A DNA stretch of 64,000 nucleotides from Candidatus Woesearchaeota archaeon (lineage in GTDB: Archaea > Nanobdellota > Nanobdellia > Woesearchaeales > JAFGPW01), in contig JAFGPW010000004.1 of assembly GCA_016935985.1 (NCBI GenBank), positions 152,752 through 216,751 of the forward strand. Direction: 5' to 3'. Within the stretch, counting starts at the first letter, position 1. Each line of letters opens with the position of its first letter. This document shows, piece after piece, positions 57,405 through 64,000 of this stretch. The notes beneath the pieces were generated by a model, which did not search any database, was not told where the DNA came from, and worked only from the letters and a program-made list of their open reading frames with translations. The translations under genes were made by a program, and so were the position numbers.

Positions 57405-59057
57405 ATGCCCCACAGAAAGACGCGGTACATAGTCGTCACCGGCGGCGTGCTCTCCGGATTGGGGAAGGGCGTCGTCGTCTCCTCGATCGGCAGGATACTC
57501 TCGTTTCTCGGCTATAAGGTGACGGGCGTCAAGATAGACCCGTACATCAACATGGACGCCGGCACCATGCGCCCGACCGAGCACGGCGAGGTGTTCGTGA
57601 CGTACGACGGCGGCGAGACCGACCAGGATATCGGGACGTACGAGCGCTTCTTCGCGGGCAGGCTCTCCCGCACGGCGAATATCACGACCGGCCAGGTCTA
57701 CGATACGGTGATCAGGCGCGAGCGGAACCTCGAGTACGCCGGGAAGTGCGTCGAGGTCATCCCTCACATCCCCGAGGAGGTGCGCAGGCGCATCTACGGC
57801 GCGGCGAGGGCGAACGACGCCGACTTCGTGGTCATCGAGATCGGCGGAACGGTAGGCGATTATCAGAACGTCCTCTTCCTCGAGGCGGCGCGCCACATGA
57901 AGATCACGCGGAACAATGTCGTGTTCGTGCACGTCGTCTATCTCCCGGTGCCGAACAACATCGGCGAGATGAAGACGAAGCCGGCGCAGCACTCGGTCAG
58001 GCAGCTGATGGAGAACGGCATCCAGCCCGACTTCCTCGTCGCGCGCTCGAGCAGGCCGGTGGACGAGATCAGGAAGGAGAAGCTCTCGATATTCTGCAAC
58101 ACGCCGAAGGGGAACGTGATATCCGCGCCGGACGTCGAGTCCATCTACGAGCTCCCGCTCATCTTCCTCGGCCAGGGCTTCCACACGAGCCTGCTCAAGA
58201 AGTTCCATGCCTCCCTGCGCCCGCTGAGGAGCGCCGAGGTCGCCTCGTGGAAGCGCCTCGTCAGGCGAATCAAGACCGTGAAGGATGAGGTCACTGTCGG
58301 CATCATCGGCAAGTACTTCGACATCGGCGACTTCACGCTCGAGGATTCCTATGTCTCGGTCATCGAGGCGGTCAAGCACGCCGCCTGGCACTGCGGCATG
58401 AGGCCGGTGGTACGATGGATCGACTCCAAGGCGTATGAGAAGAGCCGGGCGAGGCTCTCTGAGCTCGATGGGTGCGACGCGGTCATCGTCCCCGGCGGCT
58501 TCGGCGCGAGCGGGGTGGAAGGGAAGATCATGGCGATCACGTACGCCCGGGAGAAGCGCATCCCCTACCTCGGCCTGTGCTATGGCATGCAGCTCGCGGT
58601 TGTCGAGTACGCGCGTCATGCGGCAGGGCTCAAGGGAGCGCACACGACCGAGATCGACCCCAAGACCCGGCACCCGGTGATCGATATCCTTCCTGAGCAA
58701 AAGGAGCTGCTCGCGAAGAGCGACTACGGCGCGACCATGCGGCTCGGCGAGTATCCGGCGCGGCTCGCCGAGGGGACGCTCGTCCGGCGGCTCTACGGAA
58801 AGCCCCTCGTGCATGAGCGGCACCGCCACCGCTATGAGGTCAATCCTGACTACATCGGCCGCCTCGAGGCGGCAGGCCTCGTCTTCTCGGGCAAATCCCC
58901 AGACCGGACGCTCATGGAGTTCATGGAGATCCCGGACCATCCCTACTTCATCGGGACCCAGGCGCATCCTGAGTTCACCTCCCGGCCGATGCGGCCGAAC
59001 CCCCTCTTCTTCGGGCTGCTCCAGGCAGCGAAAAGCCGCAGGCGATCCCGCCGGTAA
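57405..59057 (+). CDS. pyrG: CTP synthase
   Basis: GGVLSGLGKG, EIGGTVGD, CYGMQ, ERHRHRYE, QAHPE. Confidence 0.97.
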   Translation: MPHRKTRYIVVTGGVLSGLGKGVVVSSIGRILSFLGYKVTGVKIDPYINMDAGTMRPTEHGEVFVTYDGGETDQDIGTYERFFAGRLSRTANITTGQVYDTVIRRERNLEYAGKCVEVIPHIPEEVRRRIYGAARANDADFVVIEIGGTVGDYQNVLFLEAARHMKITRNNVVFVHVVYLPVPNNIGEMKTKPAQHSVRQLMENGIQPDFLVARSSRPVDEIRKEKLSIFCNTPKGNVISAPDVESIYELPLIFLGQGFHTSLLKKFHASLRPLRSAEVASWKRLVRRIKTVKDEVTVGIIGKYFDIGDFTLEDSYVSVIEAVKHAAWHCGMRPVVRWIDSKAYEKSRARLSELDGCDAVIVPGGFGASGVEGKIMAITYAREKRIPYLGLCYGMQLAVVEYARHAAGLKGAHTTEIDPKTRHPVIDILPEQKELLAKSDYGATMRLGEYPARLAEGTLVRRLYGKPLVHERHRHRYEVNPDYIGRLEAAGLVFSGKSPDRTLMEFMEIPDHPYFIGTQAHPEFTSRPMRPNPLFFGLLQAAKSRRRSRR

Positions 59058-59143
59058 GGCCTCCCCTTCTCCTCGATATCCCTGGCCTGGCATCCTCCCT
59101 GGATACAGTAAGGTTTATAAATGACACCCGGTTCCCTGAGGCC

Positions 59144-60163
59144 ATGTCGAGGAAGTCCCGGTTCAAGCGGATGCTGCGCAGGCAGCAGGAGTATGCCCCG
59201 GCTGATGAGGGGACCGGAGGCGCAGGGCAGACGCCTGATGCGACGCATGAGCATCAGGAGCGCCACGCGCACGCCCGGCGGAGCGAACACGCGGGATTCC
59301 TAGGGTTCTTCGATTCCAATTGGAAGCTGCTCATGACCATCCCGCTCGCTATGCTGATCGTAGCGCTCCTCTTCCTCAGCGCGAAGTTCGCGATGACCGG
59401 TGACGTCATCGACAAGGGAGTCTCGTTGAAGGGAGGGGTCACGATCACCATCGCGGAAATCGGCGACCTGACGGTCCTGACGCTTGAGGAAGGGCTCCGA
59501 TCCCGGTTCGCTGGCTCCGACCTTTCCGTGCGGAGCATAAGCCAGGCGGGGACGCCGATCGGCATCATCATCGAGGCGACCGATATCGATCCCAGAGACC
59601 TCTCGGACCACCTGGAGGGCCGGTACGGCCTCGGGCCTGACAGCTATTCGGTCGAGACCATGGGCTCCTCGCTCGGCGCGTCCTTCTTCAAGGAGACGAT
59701 CATCGCAGTCCTCATCGCCTTCGTCTTCATGGGGATCGTCGTGATCCTCTATTTCAAGAACTTCGTCCCGAGCGTCGCGGTGATCCTCGCGGCGTTCTCG
59801 GACATCGTGGTGACGCTCGCCGTCATCTCCGCCCTCGGAATCAAGCTCTCGACGGGCGGCGTCGCCGCGTTCCTCATGCTGATCGGCTACTCGGTCGACA
59901 CCGACATGCTCCTCACTACCAGAGTGCTCAAGAAGAAGGAGGGAAGCGTCTTCGAGCGCATCCTCGGGGCGGCGAAGACCGGGCTCACCATGAACGTCAC
60001 CACCATGATTGCGATCAGCGTCGCGCTCATATTCACCGACTCTGAGGTCATCGGCCAGATCATGACGATCCTGCTCATCGGCCTCTTCGTCGATATCATC
60101 AACACCTGGATCCAGAACGCAGGGATCCTCCGCTGGTACCTGGAACGGAAGAAGCCGGAGTGA
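59144..60163 (+). CDS. secF: Protein translocase subunit SecF
   Basis: GVSLKGG; LIGYSVDTD.LLT. Confidence 0.92.
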   Translation: MSRKSRFKRMLRRQQEYAPADEGTGGAGQTPDATHEHQERHAHARRSEHAGFLGFFDSNWKLLMTIPLAMLIVALLFLSAKFAMTGDVIDKGVSLKGGVTITIAEIGDLTVLTLEEGLRSRFAGSDLSVRSISQAGTPIGIIIEATDIDPRDLSDHLEGRYGLGPDSYSVETMGSSLGASFFKETIIAVLIAFVFMGIVVILYFKNFVPSVAVILAAFSDIVVTLAVISALGIKLSTGGVAAFLMLIGYSVDTDMLLTTRVLKKKEGSVFERILGAAKTGLTMNVTTMIAISVALIFTDSEVIGQIMTILLIGLFVDIINTWIQNAGILRWYLERKKPE

Positions 60164-60174
60164 GGACAAGGACG

Positions 60175-61905
60175 ATGGGAAAGCTCAAGAGGATGCTCAC
60201 GAACGTCAGGGTGATCATACTCCTGATAGCCCTCGTCTTCGCGGTCGTCGCCATCCACCCCAACCCCGACGCGAGCGGCGTCGCGGTGCGCTCGGTCATC
60301 TCGAACAGCTCGGCATCGGTCGCAGGCTTCGTCTCGCCGAAGCCCTCGACGCCGCCCATGTCACGGGAGCTCATCGTCGGGATCGACTCGAAGCCGATCG
60401 AGACCCTGCAGGATTATTACCAAGCGGTCGAGGACTTCGTGCCGAACAGGACCTACCGCCTCAAGACCGCGGCCGAAGCGACCTACCTGGTGACGACGAG
60501 ACCGATAACGGAGACCATCATGCTCAACGAGACCGAGGAGATCGTCCTCCCGGAGATGGTGACCTTCGTCGAGGAGATCGACGGCGAGAACGTCTCGGTG
60601 AACATGACTGTCAATACGACGCTAACGGTCAACAAGACCCTGACACGGGTCATCGGCACGCAGGACATCGGCCTCTCGGTCTACGAGGCCCCGACGACGA
60701 ACCTGCGCAAAGGGCTCGACCTGCAGGGCGGGACGAGGGTGCTCCTCCAGCCCCAGGAGGAGGTGTCGGCGGATGACATGGCGACCATCATCGACAATAT
60801 GAAGGAGCGCCTGAACGTCTTCGGCCTCTCCGACGTCATCGTGCGCGAGGCGCGCGACCTCTCGGGGGACACGTTCATCCTCGTCGAGATCGCGGGAGCG
60901 AACAAGGAAGAGGTCGACGAGCTGCTCGCCAAGCAGGGCAAGTTCGAGGCGACCATCAGGAACGAGACGGTCTTCGTCGGCGGCAGGGACATCACGTATG
61001 TCTGCCGCTCCGCCGACTGCTCGGGGATAGACCCGATGCGCGGCTGCGGCCAGACCGGCGACGGGACTTGGGCATGCAGGTTCCGCTTTTCCATATCGCT
61101 CACGCCGGAAGCCGCGCAGCGCCAGGCCGACCTCACCAAGGACCTGCAGGTGACCACCGAGAACGGCCAGGAATACCTCAACGAGTCGCTCGTGCTGTAT
61201 CTCGACGACCAGGTGGTCGACTCTCTCAACATCGGCGCCGACCTCCGCGGCCGGGCGGTGACCGACATCGAGATCTCAGGGAGCGGTGTGGGATCGAACC
61301 AGCAGGAGGCGACGTTCGACTCGCTCAAGAACATGAAGCGCCTGCAGACAATCCTCATCACCGGGTCGCTCCCCATCAAGCTCGACGTCGTCAAGAGCGA
61401 CAGCATCTCGCCGGTGCTCGGCGGCGAGTTCATCAGGAACGCGCTCCTTGTGGGCGCGCTCGCGATTGTCGCGGTGGCGCTCGTCATATTCGCCCGGTAC
61501 CGCAGGTTCACGGTCGTTATCCCGATCATCATCACCAGCTCATCCGAGATCATCCTCCTGCTCGGCCTCGCCGCGCTCATCGGCTGGAACCTCGACCTCG
61601 CGGCTATCGGCGGCATCATCATCGCTATCGGCACGGGAGTCGACCATCAGATCCTCATCACCGACGAGGTCCTCGCAAAGAGGCGGGAGACGTTCACCAA
61701 CTGGAAGGAACGGATCAGGAACGCCTTCTTCATCATCATGGGCACGTATTTCACCACGCTCGTCGCGATGCTGCCGCTCTGGTTCGCCGGTGCCGGCCTC
61801 CTCAAGGGCTTCGCCATCACCACCATCTTCGGCATCACGTTCGGCGTCTTCATCACCAGGCCCGCGTACGCGGCGGTCATCGAGCTTCTCCTCAAGGAGG
61901 AGTGA
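60175..61905 (+). CDS. secD: Protein translocase subunit SecD
   Basis: GLDLQGG, GSLP, GTGVD..I.I.DE. Confidence 0.93.
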   Translation: MGKLKRMLTNVRVIILLIALVFAVVAIHPNPDASGVAVRSVISNSSASVAGFVSPKPSTPPMSRELIVGIDSKPIETLQDYYQAVEDFVPNRTYRLKTAAEATYLVTTRPITETIMLNETEEIVLPEMVTFVEEIDGENVSVNMTVNTTLTVNKTLTRVIGTQDIGLSVYEAPTTNLRKGLDLQGGTRVLLQPQEEVSADDMATIIDNMKERLNVFGLSDVIVREARDLSGDTFILVEIAGANKEEVDELLAKQGKFEATIRNETVFVGGRDITYVCRSADCSGIDPMRGCGQTGDGTWACRFRFSISLTPEAAQRQADLTKDLQVTTENGQEYLNESLVLYLDDQVVDSLNIGADLRGRAVTDIEISGSGVGSNQQEATFDSLKNMKRLQTILITGSLPIKLDVVKSDSISPVLGGEFIRNALLVGALAIVAVALVIFARYRRFTVVIPIIITSSSEIILLLGLAALIGWNLDLAAIGGIIIAIGTGVDHQILITDEVLAKRRETFTNWKERIRNAFFIIMGTYFTTLVAMLPLWFAGAGLLKGFAITTIFGITFGVFITRPAYAAVIELLLKEE

Positions 61906-61959
61906 GCCATCACGCGTCCAGCGCCGTTGCGGCGCCCAACGAGAGAATGAGGTGAGACC

Positions 61960-62640
61960 ATGGGAAAGCTAGCCGTCATATCGCTCGGCGGATCCCTCAT
62001 CATGCCGGGCGAGGTCGATGTGGCCTACCTCAGGCGGTTCAGGAGGACGGTCCTGCGTCTTGTAGGCGAGGGCTACCGGTTCATCCTCGTCTGCGGCGGC
62101 GGCGCGGTGTGCAGGAAGTACCAACGCGCGCTCGAGCTGATCCGCGGCAAGGACCACTACACCCTGGACATGCTCGGCATCTACGCCACCTACCTCAACG
62201 CCAAGCTCGTCCAGCTCATGTTCTCCGACGTCGCGGAGCCCGAGATCGTGCGGGACCCGACGAAGCCGAAGCGCTTCGCCGCGAAGGTTCTCGTCGCGTC
62301 CGGCTGGAAGCCGGGATGGAGCACCGACTATGTCGCTGCCGTCCTCGCGAGGCGCTACGGGGCGCGGGAGGTCATCAACCTCAGCGACATCGCGCACGTG
62401 TATTCTGCGGACCCGAAGAGGGACCCGTCCGCGAAACGCTACCGCAGGCTCACCTGGGACGAGTATATCGGCATCATCGGCCAGGAGCGCATGCCGGGCA
62501 TGAACACGCCGTTCGACCCTGTCGCCGCGATGTTCTGCAGGCAGCACCGGCTCCGGGCGGTGACGCTCGACGGGAAGCGGCTCGTCCAGCTCGCGAGGCA
62601 TCTCAAGGGCGAGCGGTCCGCCGGCACGCTCATCGGCTGA
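61960..62640 (+). CDS. pyrH: UMP kinase (archaeal type)
   Basis: SLGGS, CGGG, PGWSTD, DP, PFDPVA. Confidence 0.93.
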   Translation: MGKLAVISLGGSLIMPGEVDVAYLRRFRRTVLRLVGEGYRFILVCGGGAVCRKYQRALELIRGKDHYTLDMLGIYATYLNAKLVQLMFSDVAEPEIVRDPTKPKRFAAKVLVASGWKPGWSTDYVAAVLARRYGAREVINLSDIAHVYSADPKRDPSAKRYRRLTWDEYIGIIGQERMPGMNTPFDPVAAMFCRQHRLRAVTLDGKRLVQLARHLKGERSAGTLIG

Positions 62641-62714
62641 ATCGGCGGCGATAAGCACTGCGCTGCAATAGCTTTATAAACTCCGGCATCAGCACTCCCG
62701 GCGGTGGGGTGACA

Positions 62715-64000
62715 ATGGGCCTGATCAACCTTCTCAAGGACATCAAGGACATACGGCGCTTCGAGCAGATCCTCCACGCGCTCATCAAGCATGAGCTCGG
62801 CTTCGTCGTCGACCGGCTGAAGCTTCGCGCCTACCTGCCGCTGCCGAAGATCATGGACAAGGAGAAGTACATCGAGCGCGAGACCCAGCCGCAGCGGATC
62901 AGGATGGTGCTGGAGGACCTCGGCGGCGCCTTCATCAAGCTCGGCCAGCTGCTCTCCCTGCGCCCTGACCTCATCCCCCAAGAATACTGCGACGAGCTCG
63001 CGAAGCTGCAGGACAAGGTCCCGCCCTTTCCGACCGAGAAGGCGCGCGAGATCGTCGAGCTGGAGCTGGGAAGGCCCATCGAGAAGGTCTTCGCCTACTT
63101 TTCCGAGAGGCCGATCGCCGCTGCGTCGGTCTCGCAGGTGCATGAGGCGGTCCTGAAGAACGGCACGAAGGTCGTGGTCAAGGTCCAGCGACCTGGCATC
63201 AGGAAGGTCTTCCAGACCGACATCGACATCCTGTCCTTCTTCGCGCGTAGGATCGAGGCGCAGTACAAGCCGGAGATCATCAACCCGATCGACATCGTCA
63301 AGGAGTTCGAGTCCTATACCGAGAGCGAGCTCGACTTCGAGCGCGAGCGGCGCAACGTCGAGCGCTTCTACGAACGCTACCTGCAGGACAAGGCCGTGAC
63401 CATCCCGAAGGCATACAAGGAATCCTCCACCTCACGCGTGCTCACCCTCAGGCACATCCAGGGACCGACGGCAGGGGAGGTCATCAGGCATCCTGAGGGG
63501 TTCGACCGCAAGGGGGTCGCCTCGGCGATCACCAACGCCATGTTCAAGCAGGTGTTCCTCTTCGGCTTCTTCCACGCTGACCCGCACCCCGGGAACATCC
63601 TCGTGCTCAAACGCAACCGCATCGTCTTCCTCGACTTCGGCATCGTCGGCTCGATCTCCGACACGCTGCGGGAGAAGACCCAGAACCTCTTCATCGCGAT
63701 GATCCAGGCCGACGCCGACGCCATGGCCGATGCCATCATCGACATGGGCATCGCCGAGACGCGCGTTGATCGGGAGCGCCTGCGCGACGACCTCAAGCTC
63801 AATCTCTCGCAGTACTACGGGACCGCGATCAAGCGGATCAACATATCGGTCCTGTTCTTCAGCCTGCTGACGCTCGCGAAGCGCAACCGGATCAGGCTGC
63901 CGGCGAACTTCGTGCTGCTGGGGAAGGCCATCATCACCATCGAAGGCATCGCGCGCAGCCTCAATCCCGACTTCGACTTCGTCACCGAGGCCCAGCCGTT
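62715..64000 (+). CDS. ABC1/UbiB (AarF) family kinase, 3'-truncated by window
   Basis: FIKLGQLLS.RPD, IAAASVSQVH, VKVQRP, FFHADPHPGN, LDFG; no stop in window. Confidence 0.92.
   Translation, partial: MGLINLLKDIKDIRRFEQILHALIKHELGFVVDRLKLRAYLPLPKIMDKEKYIERETQPQRIRMVLEDLGGAFIKLGQLLSLRPDLIPQEYCDELAKLQDKVPPFPTEKAREIVELELGRPIEKVFAYFSERPIAAASVSQVHEAVLKNGTKVVVKVQRPGIRKVFQTDIDILSFFARRIEAQYKPEIINPIDIVKEFESYTESELDFERERRNVERFYERYLQDKAVTIPKAYKESSTSRVLTLRHIQGPTAGEVIRHPEGFDRKGVASAITNAMFKQVFLFGFFHADPHPGNILVLKRNRIVFLDFGIVGSISDTLREKTQNLFIAMIQADADAMADAIIDMGIAETRVDRERLRDDLKLNLSQYYGTAIKRINISVLFFSLLTLAKRNRIRLPANFVLLGKAIITIEGIARSLNPDFDFVTEAQP

Noticed and set aside
1..64000. Stop-codon reassignment or mobile elements
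   Set aside because: Conserved genes end normally at TGA, TAG and TAA; no transposase, integrase or att duplication recognised at the four tRNAs.

Overview
High-GC archaeal chromosomal window. Gene content and style suggest a DPANN, most likely Woesearchaeota-like, genome: archaeal-type valS, glyS, cysS, rfcL, top6A/B, RIO1-KH, nop5-fibrillarin, ABCE1, secF-secD, intron-containing tRNAs, and TATA boxes mostly ~25-30 nt before start codons (leaderless style). Most of it is housekeeping. It also holds a type IV pilus/T2SS-like ATPase-platform pair, a repeat-rich cell-surface protein cluster (26.9-33.7 kb), a MacB-type ABC operon and a bacterial-type lytic transglycosylase. The main discovery is two unannotated cognate-amino-acid leader peptides placed where the archaeal promoter should start transcription. 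MRLAKDHVTAVGVVVVA (15018-15071) lies 86 nt before valyl-tRNA synthetase. [27 protein letters not shown] (44264-44181, minus) lies 89 nt before DAHP synthase. Neither spacer has a bacterial hairpin-plus-polyU terminator, which points to a ribosome-dependent attenuation system in an archaeon. Also notable are an in-frame tandem pair of 44-aa ribbon-helix-helix genes with an iterated operator ahead of the pilus ATPase, and several clean operator palindromes. All calls come from reading the sequence; no searches were run.
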